Assembly: GCA_964402785.1 (NCBI GenBank) | Contig: CAYODQ010000003.1 | Location: 9,034-73,033, forward strand | Length of the DNA: 64,000 nt | Origin: an uncultured Planctomycetia bacterium | GTDB taxonomy: Bacteria; Omnitrophota; Gorgyraeia; 2-02-FULL-51-18 | Direction of reading: 5' to 3' | In this document: positions 47,522 through 62,217 of the stretch, piece after piece | How positions within the stretch are numbered: the stretch's first letter is position 1 | How the letters are laid out: each line of letters begins with the position of its first letter | The notes under the pieces: model-generated | The model's input: the letters and a program-made list of their open reading frames with translations, nothing else | What the model was told of the DNA's origin: nothing | Database searches by the model: none | Made by a program: the position numbers and the translations under genes

Positions 47522-49765
47522 TTATCTTCGAACGGTTTCTTTGAGACGCATCGACAATGATATGCGACGGCGCATTTTGTCGATCTCCAGCACTTTCACT
47601 TTTACGATCTGTCCCGTCTTGACGACAGAACGGGGATCTTGCACGAAGTCATTGGAGATCTGGGAGATGTGCACAAGGCCATCCTGATGCACGCCGATAT
47701 CAACAAAGGCACCAAAGTTAGCAACATTGGTGATGACCCCCTCAAGGATAAGCCCGGGCGTCAGATGCCCCATCTCAGTCACCTTGGCATCGAACACCGC
47801 GGTCTTGAACTCCGGCCTCGGGTCACGGCCAGGTTTGTCGAGCTCATTTAAAATATCACTCACGGTGATCGCGCCGAAGTTTTCATCCGCAACATCTTCG
47901 GGCTTGATCTGCTTTAGAATGTCGCTGTTTCCAAGAAGAGTGGCCAGGTCGATGCCCACTCGATCGAGAATCCTTTGCACCACCGGATATGACTCCGGAT
48001 GTACCGCCGAGCGGTCGAGAGGGTTGTCCCCGTTTTGGATACGCAAGAAGCCCGCCGCCTGCTCAAATGTCTTGGGGCCAAAACCGCTTATCTTTTTAAA
48101 TTCATCGCGCGTTTTGATGGCGCCATTTTTATTGCGATACTCGACGATGCTGTCGGCTGTTTGTTTATTGAGGCCGGCCACATAAGATAAAAGTGCAGGT
48201 GATGCGGTGTTCACCTCTACGCCCACGGCGTTGACGCAATCTTCGACGACGTTCTTCAGCATTTTTTCGAGACGGAATTGATTCACGTCGTGCTGATACT
48301 GCCCCACACCGATGGCCTTGGGCTCTATTTTCACAAGCTCCGCCAGCGGATCCTGCAGACGACGCGCGATGGAGACGGCGCCGCGCAGTGTCACATCCAA
48401 TGTCGGCAATTCTTTAGAAGCAAGCTCGGATGCCGAGTACACGGAGGCACCCGCCTCGGAGACGACGACTTTTTGAGATTTGAGATCCGGGAGAGCTTTG
48501 AGGAGATCCTGCACCATGCTCTCAGTTTCGCGAGAAGCAGTGCCATTGCCGATAGCGATAAACTCGATATTGTGTTTCACGATAAGATTGCGAATAATTT
48601 TCATCGCACCAATGCGGTCTTCTTGCGGCGGATGAGGATAGATGACCGCACATTCAAGAACTTTGCCGGTTTTGTCCACACAAGCTACTTTCACTCCAGT
48701 ACGAAGCCCTGGATCCAGGCCCATCACCGCTTTTCCTCCAGCGGGAGCCGCCAAAAGAATTTCTTTTAAATTCTCGGCAAAAACTTTGATCGCCTCTTCT
48801 TCGGCATTTTTCTTAAGGCGCATCATGACATCGATTTCAAGACTCACCCGAATTTTGTATTTCCAGGCGTATTTGACAGCTTCGAGTATCCATCGGTCCG
48901 CGGCGCGGCCGCCAAAACGGATACTGAATTTTTTAAGGATGGCCTCGAGATATTCGGAGTCCTGATCTTTGTTATCGGTATAACCAACCAGCCCATTGGT
49001 TTCCAGTCGCGTTGTAAGCACATTTTCGGCGCGCCCGCGCATGATCGCCAGAAGACGATGCGAAGGTATTTTGACAAACGCCTCTCGATAATCAAAATAA
49101 TCCCTGAATTTTTGTGAGTCTGGATGAAGTGATTTTTCTTCCGAGGCGGCTTTAGAATACAACCAGCCCTCTTTCCAGAATTTCTCTCTCAAAAATCCTA
49201 TCAACTCCGGCTCTTCTGAAAATTTCTCAGCTAAAATATCGCGAGCACCATTTAAAGCTTGATCAAGAGTCGTGATCCCTTTGAGCTCGGAGATATATTT
49301 CTGCGCTTCGGTCATGGGATCGGTCGCCGGTTCTGAGAGCAGTTTGAGAGCGAGAGGCTCAAGCCCTGCTGCACGCGCGGCCTCACCACGAGAGTTGCGC
49401 TTGGGTTTAAAGGGCAAATACAGATCTTCTAGCTGTGCTTTGGTCTCAGCTTTTTCGATGGCTTCTTTCAAAGCCGGTGTCATCTTGCCCTGTTGCTGAA
49501 TGGAATCAAGGATGGTCTTGCGAGACGCCTCAAGTCCGCGAATATACTCGAGCCTGTCCGCCAAAAGCCTCAGATGAGTATCAGAGAGCCCGCCCGTTTG
49601 CTCTTTGCGATAGCGCGCGATGAATGGAACCGTCGCCCCGCTGTCGAGAAGGCGAATCGCCGCCCATACCTGATGCGGCTTTACCGCTAATTCTTTGGCC
49701 AGCGTCTTCTCTATCGGCAGAGAGCCCGCTTCATTGACAACGTTTTCGCTCGTAAGTATCGTCAT
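47522..49765 (-). CDS. tex: Tex transcription accessory protein
   Basis: 747 aa with HhH, YqgF-like and C-terminal S1 domains. Confidence 0.85.
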   Translation of the reverse strand: MTILTSENVVNEAGSLPIEKTLAKELAVKPHQVWAAIRLLDSGATVPFIARYRKEQTGGLSDTHLRLLADRLEYIRGLEASRKTILDSIQQQGKMTPALKEAIEKAETKAQLEDLYLPFKPKRNSRGEAARAAGLEPLALKLLSEPATDPMTEAQKYISELKGITTLDQALNGARDILAEKFSEEPELIGFLREKFWKEGWLYSKAASEEKSLHPDSQKFRDYFDYREAFVKIPSHRLLAIMRGRAENVLTTRLETNGLVGYTDNKDQDSEYLEAILKKFSIRFGGRAADRWILEAVKYAWKYKIRVSLEIDVMMRLKKNAEEEAIKVFAENLKEILLAAPAGGKAVMGLDPGLRTGVKVACVDKTGKVLECAVIYPHPPQEDRIGAMKIIRNLIVKHNIEFIAIGNGTASRETESMVQDLLKALPDLKSQKVVVSEAGASVYSASELASKELPTLDVTLRGAVSIARRLQDPLAELVKIEPKAIGVGQYQHDVNQFRLEKMLKNVVEDCVNAVGVEVNTASPALLSYVAGLNKQTADSIVEYRNKNGAIKTRDEFKKISGFGPKTFEQAAGFLRIQNGDNPLDRSAVHPESYPVVQRILDRVGIDLATLLGNSDILKQIKPEDVADENFGAITVSDILNELDKPGRDPRPEFKTAVFDAKVTEMGHLTPGLILEGVITNVANFGAFVDIGVHQDGLVHISQISNDFVQDPRSVVKTGQIVKVKVLEIDKMRRRISLSMRLKETVRR

Positions 49766-49856
49766 AGTGTGTGATGTGCATCACATTATAGCAAACGTCT
49801 TTGCGCGATACTGCAAATAGATCTTCTTTGAGCTAAAAATTTGAGGAGGATGTTTT

Positions 49857-52052
49857 ATGAACGGCCAGGAAACCCAAGAACAACAACCTGTCGAAGCCTT
49901 GAAGCGCTACGGACGCGATCTCACGGAGCTAGCGCGCACCGGCAAACTCGATCCTGTCATCGGACGCGACGAAGAGATACGGCGCACGATCCAGGTGCTT
50001 TCACGTCGTACAAAAAATAATCCTGTCCTTATCGGCGAACCCGGTACCGGCAAGACCGCCATCCTCGAGGGTCTGGCCAAACGCATCGTGGACGGCGATG
50101 TGCCCAGCGCTCTCAAAGACAAACGCATCGTGGCCCTCGACCTCGGCGCTCTTGTCGCCGGAGCCAAATACCGCGGTGAGTTCGAGGAGCGCCTCAAAGC
50201 CGTGCTCAAGGAGATCACAGAGAAATCGGGCGAGATCATCCTCTTTATCGACGAGCTGCACACGCTGGTTGGAGCCGGCGCCGCTGAGGGTGCGGTGGGC
50301 GCCGCTGATCTTTTGAAACCCCCTCTAGCTCGCGGTGAGCTCAAGTGCGTGGGAGCCACCACTCTCGATGAATACCGCAAATACATCGAGAAAGACAAAG
50401 CGCTCGAGAGGCGTTTTCAGCAAGTCATGGTCGGAGAGCCAAGTATCCAGGATACAATCGCCATCTTGCGCGGCCTCAAAGAAAAATACGAGATATTCCA
50501 TGGCGTGCGCATCAAGGACAGCGCTCTCATCAGCGCCGCCATCCTGTCCGACCGCTACATCACAGCAAGATTTTTACCCGATAAAGCCATCGATCTTATC
50601 GATGAGGCTACGTCCAAACTCCGCATCGAGATCGACAGTCTCCCCACCGAAATAGATGAGCTCGACCGCAAGATCCTGCAAATGGAGATCGAACGGCAGG
50701 CTCTGGCCAAAGAAAAGGATGAGGCTTCAAGAGAGCGTCTCAAGAAACTGGACGAAGAGCTGAGCTCATCCCGCGAGAAGTCGAAACAAATGAAGGTGCA
50801 CTGGAAAGGAGAAAAAGAGGTCATCGACCGCATCCGCAAGATCAAAGGCGATATCGAGAAGGCCAAGTCGGATGAAGAGCGTTACGAAAAAATGGGCAAG
50901 CTCGAAAAAGTCGCCGAGATCCGCTATGGGGTCATGAAGAATCTCGAGAAGGAGCTCGAGAAAGAGAACAAGAACCTGCAAGAGCTGCAAAAAAAAGGAA
51001 AAATGCTAAAAGAAGAAGTGGATGAGGAAGATATCGCTGAAGTCGTCTCCAAATGGACCGGCATCCCTGTCTCAAAGCTCATGGAGGGTGAAGTCGACAA
51101 GCTGGTCCACATGGAGGAGAAGCTGAAGGAACGTGTTGTGGGTCAGGATGAGGCCGTCTCTCTTATCGCCAACGCTGTACGGCGCTCACGCTCCGGCCTC
51201 TCTGACCCCAACCGCCCCATCGGCTCTTTTATCTTCCTGGGGCCCACGGGCATCGGCAAAACCTATCTCACCAAGACACTCGCTTGGTTCTTATTCGACG
51301 ATGAGTCCACCATGGTGCGCATTGATATGTCGGAGTACATGGAAAAACACTCCGTGGCTCGCCTCATTGGCGCTCCTCCGGGATATGTGGGTTTCGAGGA
51401 AGGCGGACAGCTCACAGAAAAGATCCGTCGGCGTCCCTATGCCGTCATCCTTTTTGATGAGATCGAGAAAGCGCATCCGGATTGCTTCAACATCCTCCTG
51501 CAGATATTGGAAGATGGCCGGCTCACCGACGGTCAGGGGCGCGTAGTCAATTTTAAGAATACACTCGTCATCCTCACTTCGAACATCGGGAGTCATTTGT
51601 TCCAGACCGAGGGCGGGGACTTTTCGAAGATCAAAGCTCAGGTCTTGGACGAGACGAAGAAATATTTCAAGCCGGAGCTTCTCAATCGCGTGGATGAGAT
51701 CATCGTATTCAATAAATTGACCCAAAAAGACATCACGCGCATCGTGGACTTGGGATTGGCTGATCTCAAGAAAAAGCTTCAGGAAAAGAATATCAGCCTC
51801 GAAGTCGACTCTGCCGCTCAAGAGAAATTGGCGCGTGATGGCTACAGTCCCGAATATGGCGCAAGACCTCTGAGGCGGCTACTGCAGAGACAGATACAGG
51901 ATCCGCTGGCGTTGGATCTGCTGAAAGGTGCATACAAAGAGGGCGATCATGTGCGAGTCAGCGTGGACCCAAAGTCCGACGGCTTTATTTTCCGCTCTGA
52001 GCCGCGTGAGAACCCGACACAAAACCGGACGCCCAAGCCCAAGCGAGGTTGA
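49857..52052 (+). CDS. clpB: ClpB-type AAA+ disaggregase lacking the N-terminal domain
   Basis: Begins at the NBD1 region ([13 protein letters not shown]...[10 protein letters not shown]), then a long coiled-coil M-domain and NBD2 (GPTGIGKT). 731 aa against ~860 for full-length ClpB. Confidence 0.8.
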   Translation: MNGQETQEQQPVEALKRYGRDLTELARTGKLDPVIGRDEEIRRTIQVLSRRTKNNPVLIGEPGTGKTAILEGLAKRIVDGDVPSALKDKRIVALDLGALVAGAKYRGEFEERLKAVLKEITEKSGEIILFIDELHTLVGAGAAEGAVGAADLLKPPLARGELKCVGATTLDEYRKYIEKDKALERRFQQVMVGEPSIQDTIAILRGLKEKYEIFHGVRIKDSALISAAILSDRYITARFLPDKAIDLIDEATSKLRIEIDSLPTEIDELDRKILQMEIERQALAKEKDEASRERLKKLDEELSSSREKSKQMKVHWKGEKEVIDRIRKIKGDIEKAKSDEERYEKMGKLEKVAEIRYGVMKNLEKELEKENKNLQELQKKGKMLKEEVDEEDIAEVVSKWTGIPVSKLMEGEVDKLVHMEEKLKERVVGQDEAVSLIANAVRRSRSGLSDPNRPIGSFIFLGPTGIGKTYLTKTLAWFLFDDESTMVRIDMSEYMEKHSVARLIGAPPGYVGFEEGGQLTEKIRRRPYAVILFDEIEKAHPDCFNILLQILEDGRLTDGQGRVVNFKNTLVILTSNIGSHLFQTEGGDFSKIKAQVLDETKKYFKPELLNRVDEIIVFNKLTQKDITRIVDLGLADLKKKLQEKNISLEVDSAAQEKLARDGYSPEYGARPLRRLLQRQIQDPLALDLLKGAYKEGDHVRVSVDPKSDGFIFRSEPRENPTQNRTPKPKRG

Positions 52053-53208
52053 ACCCTCCTCGCTTGCCGTCTACATCCAAGATCTCGCCGGCCAAATAAA
52101 GTCCCGGGCATTTTTTGGACTCCAGCGTCTTGTCATCGACTTCTTTTTGACGGATGCCCCCGGCGGTGAACTCCGCATCGCTCCAGCCTTTGGTGGCCGT
52201 GATCCTGAATCGTCTGTTCTTCACATACTCCGCGATCTCGGTGGGATTGCGTGACTTGAGGACATTCTCCAACACAGGAGCGAATTTGGGAGGCAAAAGA
52301 CCGGCCAAGAGCATCTCATTAGGAAAATTGCGTCTCAGCCTCGAAGAGATCTCCTTTTTTAGCTCGTCCTCATGGATGAATGGCAAAAGATCCACGACCA
52401 CGGCTGTGTTCTTTTTGTGCTCGCGGTGGATAGCGATAGCTAGTTCATCACTCGAGTCGAATATCGCAAGTCCCGACAGCCCATAGTCCGTGAATAAAAG
52501 ATCATGCTCGAGCGGCGGGCCCATCTTGCCGTCTATCTCCCATCGCACGGTGGCGACTATCTTCTGCCCGGTCAACTGCTTGCACCAGGGGTCCTCACAC
52601 AAAAGCGGCACGGTACTGGGCACGGGCTCCGTGAGCGTGTGGCCGAACTGTATCGCGAGTTCATAAGCCGTGCCATCCGTGCCGTATATCGGATACGATT
52701 TTCCGCCGGCGGCGAGAATGACTTTTTTGGCTGTGACAGGGGCAAAACCATCGCCCTTGAACTCGATCTCAAAACCTTGCGAGGCTTTTCTGATGGACTT
52801 TACTTCACAGCCGGTACGGATCTCAACGCCCAGTCTGGACAGCTCTAACTCCAAGACATCTATCACGGACGCCGACTGATTGGTGATAGGGAATACTCTG
52901 CCCTCTTTGTCGGAATATAAACGAAGGCCAAGTTCCTTGAAAAATTTAAGGATATCCAGCCGCCCAAATTGCGCGAAAACAGATTCTACGATGGCCTTGG
53001 CGTCTTTATTAAAACAAGTGTGATCGAGCTTATCGTTGGTCAAATTGCAGCGGCCATTGCCAGAAATACGCACTTTTTTGGCGATCTTGGGCATCTTTTC
53101 ACACAAAAGCACGCGCGCCTTCTTGCGTGAAGCGCTGATAGCGGCTGTGATACCCGCACCACCCGCTCCGATCACCACCACATCGTATGTATTTTGACGT
53201 TCTGCCAC
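51985..53208 (-). CDS. HI0933/BaiN-family FAD flavoprotein
   Basis: [15 protein letters not shown] dinucleotide fold. Overlaps the convergent clpB 3' end by ~68 bp. Confidence 0.7.
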   Translation of the reverse strand: MAERQNTYDVVVIGAGGAGITAAISASRKKARVLLCEKMPKIAKKVRISGNGRCNLTNDKLDHTCFNKDAKAIVESVFAQFGRLDILKFFKELGLRLYSDKEGRVFPITNQSASVIDVLELELSRLGVEIRTGCEVKSIRKASQGFEIEFKGDGFAPVTAKKVILAAGGKSYPIYGTDGTAYELAIQFGHTLTEPVPSTVPLLCEDPWCKQLTGQKIVATVRWEIDGKMGPPLEHDLLFTDYGLSGLAIFDSSDELAIAIHREHKKNTAVVVDLLPFIHEDELKKEISSRLRRNFPNEMLLAGLLPPKFAPVLENVLKSRNPTEIAEYVKNRRFRITATKGWSDAEFTAGGIRQKEVDDKTLESKKCPGLYLAGEILDVDGKRGGFNLAWAWASGFVSGSHAAQSGK

Positions 53209-53304
53209 CTAATTTAGCCCCCAAAACTCTATTTAGCTCATTCTAGCAGGTTAGTGATATAATGCGCGCCTGTTAATTAACGAAACTTGAACCCGGGAGA
53301 CAGC

Positions 53305-53442
53305 ATGAAAGCTCAGACATTTAACCGCGCCGAGCGCAAAACCACCAAGATCGGCAAAGCAGAAAAAGTCCGCAATGCCCTTGTAAAAGATAAAACGCGC
53401 TTGGCCAATAGCCAGAAAAAAGAAAAAGTCGCCACTGCTTAG
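53305..53442 (+). CDS. Small Lys-rich protein (45 aa)
   Basis: RBS gggaga. MKAQTFNRAERKTTKIGKAEKVRNALVKDKTRLANSQKKEKVATA. Followed by a strong terminator. Confidence 0.35.
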   Translation: MKAQTFNRAERKTTKIGKAEKVRNALVKDKTRLANSQKKEKVATA

Positions 53443-53460
53443 TCTTCAAGAAACGCCATA

Positions 53461-53499
53461 AAAAAACCCGGCAGGTTGATCCTGCCGGGTTTTTCTTTT
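53461..53499. terminator. Bidirectional rho-independent terminator (cccggcagg-ttgat-cctgccggg flanked by A- and T-runs)
   Basis: Perfect 9-bp GC-rich stem with poly-T 3' on the plus strand and poly-A 5' (poly-T on the minus strand, after gyrA). Confidence 0.8.
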
Positions 53500-53519
53500 A
53501 ACACTTACTTTTTTATCAG

Positions 53520-56030
53520 TTATTTCTCTTTGGTGGAACTGCTTTCAGGCACTTCCGGCAGATTATCATCATCTTCCGGCTCCACCTTTGCAAGAGCTGT
53601 CACGATGTCATTGGCTTTTTTGAGATTAATAAGCCGTACACCCTGCGCCACACGGCCGGTTTCGCGGATATCTTTGACCGAGGTGCGCACTGACATACCT
53701 TCCTTGGTCATGACCATGAGATCGTCTTTATCGGTGACGCACTTCACGCCCACCACTTCGCCGTTTTTATCGGTGACTTTAATATTGGTGACACCTTTTC
53801 CGCCGCGAGATGTGATGCGATACTCATCTATCTGTGAGCGCTTTCCAAAACCTTTTTCTGTGACGGATAGAAGGGTCGCTTTTTTATCCACGACCTCCAT
53901 ACCCACAACATAATCCTTGGCTTCCAAGTTCACGCCACGAACACCGCCTGCGCTGCGGCCCATGCTCCGCACAAATGATTCGGGGAAGCGGATAGCTTTG
54001 CCTTTGCGGGTCGCGATGAATATTTCAGACTTTCCGTCGGTGAGAGCCGCTTCGATAAGCTCATCTTTCGGATCCAGGCCGATGGCGAGGATGCCGTTAC
54101 GGCGGGTATTCTCAAATGCGGTGAGGTCGCATTTCTTGATCTGACCAAGCTTGGTGGTCATAACCAGGAACTTACCTTCTTCAAACTTGCGCACAGGAAT
54201 ATAAGAAGTGATCTTCTCGCCCTGAGCCAATGACACGAAGTTCGTCACAAATTTACCCTTGGCTTGACGGCTAGCCTGAGGCAAGTCGTACACCTTGATA
54301 CAAAACGCTTTGCCGCGAGAGGTGAACAGCATGAGATTGTCATGTGTGGACGCTACGAAAAGATGCTCCACAAAATCTTCCTCTTGCTGGCCAGATGTTA
54401 CGCCGACACCGCCGCGTTTTTGTTTACGATAAGTAGTCACCGGTAAACGCTTCACATAATTTTGATGACTGATCGTGACGACAACGTCCTCGTCTGCGAT
54501 CAGATCCTCAATATTAAAATCCGTATCCGCATCGCGCGTGATCTCGGTGCGACGAGGATCGCCGTATTTTTCTTTGAGCGCCTTGGTCTCTTCTTTGATG
54601 ATCTCCAATACTTTTTTATCGGATTTGAGGATAGACTCGAGATAGTCGATACGTTTATTGAGCTCTTTATTCTCTTCCTGAAGCTTATGTATTTCCAGAC
54701 CCGTCAGCTTCTGTAGCTGCATTTCCAGGATCGCCTGAGCCTGTTTGTCCGAGAACTCGAACTTCTCGACCAATTGGACTTTGGCTTCTGCTGGATTTTT
54801 GGATGCACGGATCGTCTTGATGATCTTATCGAGAATGTCGACAGCTTTGATCAAACCTTCAACGATATGTTGACGCGCCTTGGCTTTCTCGAGATCGAAT
54901 TTGGTTCTACGAATGATGACTTCTTTGCGGTGCAGGATGTACTGCTCGATGATCTGTTTGAGATTAAGAACCTTGGGACTGCCATCGACCAGCGCCAACA
55001 TGATGATACCGAATGTCGACTGAAGCGCCGTGTGTTTGTACAGTTGATTCAGGATCACCTGCGCATTGGCGTCACGCTTAAGATCGATGACCAAACGCAT
55101 ACCATCTTTATCAGACTCATCCCGAACGTCAGAAATGCCTTCGATCTTTTTATCGTTTACAAGATCCGCGATGTTCTCGATGAGGTTGGACTTATTCACC
55201 TGATAAGGGATCTCGTTGATGACCAGCGCTTGCTTACCGCCCTTGAGCTCTTCGATGTTTATCTTGGCACGTATTTTTACGATCCCGCGACCGGTATTGT
55301 ATGCGGACTTAATGCCCTCGGTGCCGCATATCATGGCGCCCGTCGGAAAATCTGGGCCCTTGACATACTTTAAAAGCTCTTTGATTTCGGTCTCCGGGTT
55401 ATCAATGACCGCCGTGATGGCATCCACCACTTCTCCGAGATTGTGCGGAGGAATATTGGTGGCCATACCAACGGCGATACCGCTCGAACCGTTACAAAGA
55501 AGATTCGGGAGCACGGCCGGTAAAAGTGTCGGCTCCTCGAGAGACTCGTCAAAATTTGGAGCAAAGTTGACCGTGTTTTTGTCAATATCACCCAAGATCT
55601 CGCTGGTGATCGCAGCAAAGCGAGCTTCGGTGTAACGCATGGCGGCTGCATTATCACCGTCCACGGATCCGAAGTTGCCCTGACCGTCGACAAGCGGGTA
55701 TCGAAGAGAAAAATCCTGCACCATACGCACCAGCGTGTCATACACAGCGGTGTCACCATGGGGATGGTATTTACCAAGCACTTCACCGACGATACGAGCA
55801 GATTTTTTGTAGGGACGATTATGCTCCAGACCCAGCTCTTTCATGGCATAAAGGATACGCCGATGCACCGGCTTTAAACCATCACGCACATCGGGCAAAG
55901 CGCGACCGACAATAACACTCATGGCGTAATTTAAATAAGAGTCTTTCATTTCCCTCTCGATCATCACCGGCCTTACTTTTCCGGTGAGAGAAGGATTTGC
56001 TGCTGAAGGTATGGGTTTTTTTTCGGCCAT
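53520..56030 (-). CDS. gyrA: DNA gyrase subunit A
   Basis: N-terminal gyrA motifs (AAMRYTE; active-site Tyr region). Confidence 0.95.
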   Translation of the reverse strand: MAEKKPIPSAANPSLTGKVRPVMIEREMKDSYLNYAMSVIVGRALPDVRDGLKPVHRRILYAMKELGLEHNRPYKKSARIVGEVLGKYHPHGDTAVYDTLVRMVQDFSLRYPLVDGQGNFGSVDGDNAAAMRYTEARFAAITSEILGDIDKNTVNFAPNFDESLEEPTLLPAVLPNLLCNGSSGIAVGMATNIPPHNLGEVVDAITAVIDNPETEIKELLKYVKGPDFPTGAMICGTEGIKSAYNTGRGIVKIRAKINIEELKGGKQALVINEIPYQVNKSNLIENIADLVNDKKIEGISDVRDESDKDGMRLVIDLKRDANAQVILNQLYKHTALQSTFGIIMLALVDGSPKVLNLKQIIEQYILHRKEVIIRRTKFDLEKAKARQHIVEGLIKAVDILDKIIKTIRASKNPAEAKVQLVEKFEFSDKQAQAILEMQLQKLTGLEIHKLQEENKELNKRIDYLESILKSDKKVLEIIKEETKALKEKYGDPRRTEITRDADTDFNIEDLIADEDVVVTISHQNYVKRLPVTTYRKQKRGGVGVTSGQQEEDFVEHLFVASTHDNLMLFTSRGKAFCIKVYDLPQASRQAKGKFVTNFVSLAQGEKITSYIPVRKFEEGKFLVMTTKLGQIKKCDLTAFENTRRNGILAIGLDPKDELIEAALTDGKSEIFIATRKGKAIRFPESFVRSMGRSAGGVRGVNLEAKDYVVGMEVVDKKATLLSVTEKGFGKRSQIDEYRITSRGGKGVTNIKVTDKNGEVVGVKCVTDKDDLMVMTKEGMSVRTSVKDIRETGRVAQGVRLINLKKANDIVTALAKVEPEDDDNLPEVPESSSTKEK

Positions 56031-56032
56031 GA

Positions 56033-58863
<2,831 letters not shown>

Positions 58864-58892
58864 TTCATTTGGTGCTTTTTATCTTCACCGCA

Positions 58893-60017
58893 TCAAGTGA
58901 CTTGCATGGGCAATACGATATAAGTGTAATCATCCCCGCTTTTGATAACGGCCGGCTTCTCTGGATCTATAAAACTAAATCGAACATGCTCTTCTTCCAC
59001 ATTTTTGAGCACATCGATCAAGAAGCCGGGATTAAATCCGATCACAAACTCACCACCCTTATAATCTACTTCCATCTCTTCACGAGCTTCACCCAGATCC
59101 GGCGTGCTTTTAGTGATGATCATCCTGTCTTTAATGATATTGATCTTCACGGATTGCGAATCTTGATTCGTTAAGATACTGGCTCTTCGTGTGGCTTGTA
59201 AAAAATCCTGTGTATTTAAACTCAACTCTTCCTTTGTTTTTTTGGGGACAACCTGTTCATAATTCGGGAATTCGCCCTCTATTAAACGCGATGTAATATT
59301 AATGGCACCCAAATTAATAAGAAGTTGATTATCTTTGAAATAAAAATTTACATCCCCTTCTTCTCCTAAGCTACGGTTCAATTCCTGGATCGTTTTCATC
59401 GGCACGATCATATCTTTTTTAAGAGCACCCAATTCCGGGATATCTTTTTGAATGATCGCCAAACGTCTTCCATCCGTCGCCACCATCTTCAAAGCTTTAT
59501 CTTTAAAACTAAATAGAATCCCGTTCAATATATATCTAGTTTCATCATGACTCATTGCAAATGAAGTAAGCTGGATCATACTCTTTAATTTTTTCTGAGG
59601 GATCTTAATACAATCAATTCCTTTGGAATTGTTGGATGAAGGCACTTCCGGTAATTGAGGGAAATCTTCGCGCGGCAACCCATTTAAACGAAAATAGCTT
59701 TTTCCACACTCAATACTGACGGAATTACTTTTTTTAACCGTGATATGGATAGTTGGAGAAGCTTGTAGTTCTTTTACGATCTCACTAAATTTTCTAGCCG
59801 GGACTGTGATCGAACCTTCTTCAATAACTTCCCCTTCGATTTTAACCGAAACACCTATCTCAAGATCTGTCGCTGTTAACCTAATTTCATTCTTTTTTGC
59901 TTCCACCAATATATGGGAAAGAATGGGTAAACTATTTTTAGAGCTAACCGCATTCTGAACCGTTTGAATTCCTTTGAGCAAACTATCTTTATTGGTATTT
60001 ATCTTCATTATCAACAA
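58893..60017 (-). CDS. dnaN: DNA polymerase III beta sliding clamp
   Basis: 374 aa, three-domain clamp pattern. Confidence 0.9.
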   Translation of the reverse strand: MLIMKINTNKDSLLKGIQTVQNAVSSKNSLPILSHILVEAKKNEIRLTATDLEIGVSVKIEGEVIEEGSITVPARKFSEIVKELQASPTIHITVKKSNSVSIECGKSYFRLNGLPREDFPQLPEVPSSNNSKGIDCIKIPQKKLKSMIQLTSFAMSHDETRYILNGILFSFKDKALKMVATDGRRLAIIQKDIPELGALKKDMIVPMKTIQELNRSLGEEGDVNFYFKDNQLLINLGAINITSRLIEGEFPNYEQVVPKKTKEELSLNTQDFLQATRRASILTNQDSQSVKINIIKDRMIITKSTPDLGEAREEMEVDYKGGEFVIGFNPGFLIDVLKNVEEEHVRFSFIDPEKPAVIKSGDDYTYIVLPMQVT

Positions 60018-60082
60018 CCCCTTTTTATCTTTTAAATTAATCTCTCAAGCAAATCAGTTTTAGTCATAGAGCCTGTGTTTAC

Positions 60083-60160
60083 TGTGGATACTTCATAACT
60101 CTTTATTTATCAATACCTTAAAAATCTAATAACCTGTGGATAAGGTTGGGTTTATCCACA
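60083..60160. promoter_or_regulatory. DnaA-box cluster between dnaA and dnaN (oriC part)
   Basis: TGTGGATAc at 60083, TGTGGATAA at 60135 and TTATCCACA at 60152, in an AT-rich stretch. Confidence 0.7.
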
Positions 60161-60177
60161 GATAGCTGACCTTAAAA

Positions 60178-61548
60178 TTATTTCTTAATTTCAAATACCA
60201 ACTTATCCACAAGTGATTTCGTCTTTTGATCTTTACGAACATCCTTCTTAATTTTTTCATAAGCATGCAAAATAGTGGTGTGATCGCGGCCACCAAATTG
60301 ATCCCCTATTTCAGGAAAAGAAAGGGATGTCATTTCACGCGATAAAAACATGGCGATATGGCGCGGATAAGCCACATTTCTAGAGCGCCTCTTAGCCGTC
60401 ATGTCTGAAGGGCGGATTTCAAAATACTCAGCAACCGTTCTCTGAATAAGATCCACCGTGATCTTTCGTTGAGTCTCGACAATCATATCTTTTAGGACAT
60501 CTTGCGCGACAGACACGTCCACATTCTTTCCGACAAGCTTAGAATAGGCCACGACACGGATCAGAGCACCCTCTAACTCACGAATATTGGACTTGATCTT
60601 ATCGGCTATGAAAAATGTAACCTCATCTTGTATGTCTAAATTTTCTCTCTCCGCTTTTTTTCTAAGGATCGCTGTCCTCGTCTCAAAATCCGGCGCTTGG
60701 ATATCCGTGACAAGCCCCCACTCAAAACGGGATATGAGCCTTTCTTCTAAGTTGGAGATCTCTTTGGGCGGTTTATCACTTGAGACGACGATCTGTTTGT
60801 GTGCATCATAAAGAGCATTGAATGTATTAAAAAATTCTTCCATCGTCGCTTCTTTACCGGCGATAAAGTGAATATCATCGATAAGAAGAGCGTCGAGATT
60901 TCTGTATTTTTCGCGAAATTTCATGGTCGTGCCGGTTTTGATGGCATTGATCAGCTGATTGGTGAATCGTTCACTGGTGATGTATAGAATACGAGCCGAA
61001 GGATTTGTCCTAACTATTTCATGTCCAATAGCTTGCATCAAATGCGTTTTTCCCAAACCAACCGGGCCATAAATAAAAAGAGGATTGTAGGATTTGGCCG
61101 GAGACTCGGCTACAGCCAGAGACGCTGCATGAGCGAATCGATTGGAAGGCCCCACCACAAAACTATCAAACGTGTACTTTGAATTCAGAATATTTTCAGG
61201 CTGTATCGAAGGCCCAGCCGAAATGGATGGAGAAATGTGCGGTTGAGCAGGTCTTTCAGGAGCATTTTGAGATGGTACGGGAACGGAAAGGACTTGAAAA
61301 TGAATTTGCGGCTCAGAAGATCCAATGATCTCCGCCAAACAAGCCGACATCATCCCGCCATAATGATCAACGATCCAATTTTTGAAGAAATCGTCGGGAA
61401 CACCCAAAGTCAGCGTGTGCTGGTCAAAATCCACCACACGTATAGGCTGTATCCACCTCTCAAAGGCGTGTTGAGACAGCTCCTTTTGAAGGTTTTCGAG
61501 TATTTTCGACCATATATCGGTGGCTGGCTGTTGCGTAATGTTATCCAC
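60178..61548 (-). CDS. dnaA: Chromosomal replication initiator DnaA
   Basis: AAA+ motifs GPVGLGKTHL, and a domain IV DNA-binding C-terminus. Confidence 0.95.
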   Translation of the reverse strand: MDNITQQPATDIWSKILENLQKELSQHAFERWIQPIRVVDFDQHTLTLGVPDDFFKNWIVDHYGGMMSACLAEIIGSSEPQIHFQVLSVPVPSQNAPERPAQPHISPSISAGPSIQPENILNSKYTFDSFVVGPSNRFAHAASLAVAESPAKSYNPLFIYGPVGLGKTHLMQAIGHEIVRTNPSARILYITSERFTNQLINAIKTGTTMKFREKYRNLDALLIDDIHFIAGKEATMEEFFNTFNALYDAHKQIVVSSDKPPKEISNLEERLISRFEWGLVTDIQAPDFETRTAILRKKAERENLDIQDEVTFFIADKIKSNIRELEGALIRVVAYSKLVGKNVDVSVAQDVLKDMIVETQRKITVDLIQRTVAEYFEIRPSDMTAKRRSRNVAYPRHIAMFLSREMTSLSFPEIGDQFGGRDHTTILHAYEKIKKDVRKDQKTKSLVDKLVFEIKK

Positions 61549-61681
61549 AGAAAAGCTCTTTTATTTTTTGATTATATGAACAAAAATTTTATAACACATT
61601 GAAATATAAAGAGTTATGAACTTTAAATGTTATCAACAGGAAAACATTTAATTATCTGAATATATCCACATGTTATCCACA
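61541..61681. promoter_or_regulatory. DnaA-box cluster + AT-rich unwinding-element-like region upstream of dnaA (oriC part / dnaA autoregulation)
   Basis: TTATCCACA at 61541 and 61673, TTATCaACA at 61629, aTATCCACA at 61661. Extremely AT-rich 61555..61630. Confidence 0.7.
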
Positions 61682-61766
61682 GGTAGACAACATCGTCCGT
61701 GTTGAAGGGATTATAACAAGCACCCCCCTCAATTGCAATAGCTTTTTGAGTTGGCTTGCATTTATC

Positions 61767-61794
61767 TTGACTCGACTGTTGCCTATGTTATAAT
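61767..61794 (+). promoter_or_regulatory. rpmH promoter (-35 TTGACT, 16-bp spacer, -10 TATAAT)
   Basis: Seen directly, 10 nt upstream of the rpmH ATG region. Confidence 0.6.
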
Positions 61795-61803
61795 CCAACC
61801 CCT

Positions 61804-61941
61804 ATGAAAAAAAATCTAACAAGAAAATCAAATAGAAAAAGACTTCGTACTCACGGATTTAGAAAGAAGATGAGAACGAAGGATGGCCGCAACGTTATCA
61901 AGCGTCGCCGCCAAAAAGGACGTAAGAAGCTCACGGTTTAA
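61804..61941 (+). CDS. rpmH: 50S ribosomal protein L34 (not in the ORF track: under 60 aa)
   Basis: [45 protein letters not shown]. Confidence 0.9.
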   Translation: MKKNLTRKSNRKRLRTHGFRKKMRTKDGRNVIKRRRQKGRKKLTV

Positions 61942-61944
61942 GTT

Positions 61945-62217
61945 TTGCGTTCGATGGATGAGCGCTGGCTTAAGGTAGTGGTCTCAGATATCAAGACCAA
62001 ACCACCCAAGCTGTCCGGTAAGATCCTGATCTCTATTCCCAAAAAGGTCATTGCCAAAGCAGTTTCTAGGAATCGAATCAAGCGGGTGCTTCGCGTGGCG
62101 GTTCTTTCTATGATCAAGCCACAGCCTGGCCAAGCCTATTATTTGAAGGTGGTTCGTGAACCCAAGATAATGAACGTTCACGCGGCAAAACAAGCTTTGG
62201 AGAAGGCTCTCGGATGA
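61945..62217 (+). CDS. rnpA: RNase P protein component
   Basis: Position after rpmH. Basic 90 aa (non-ATG start as listed; the true start is uncertain). Confidence 0.75.
   Translation: MRSMDERWLKVVVSDIKTKPPKLSGKILISIPKKVIAKAVSRNRIKRVLRVAVLSMIKPQPGQAYYLKVVREPKIMNVHAAKQALEKALG

Noticed and set aside
51985-52052. Convergent overlap of clpB and the HI0933 flavoprotein gene as a sign of a frameshift or pseudogene
   Set aside because: Both proteins have complete-looking C-termini. A 68-bp convergent overlap is plausible, so neither is called a pseudogene.
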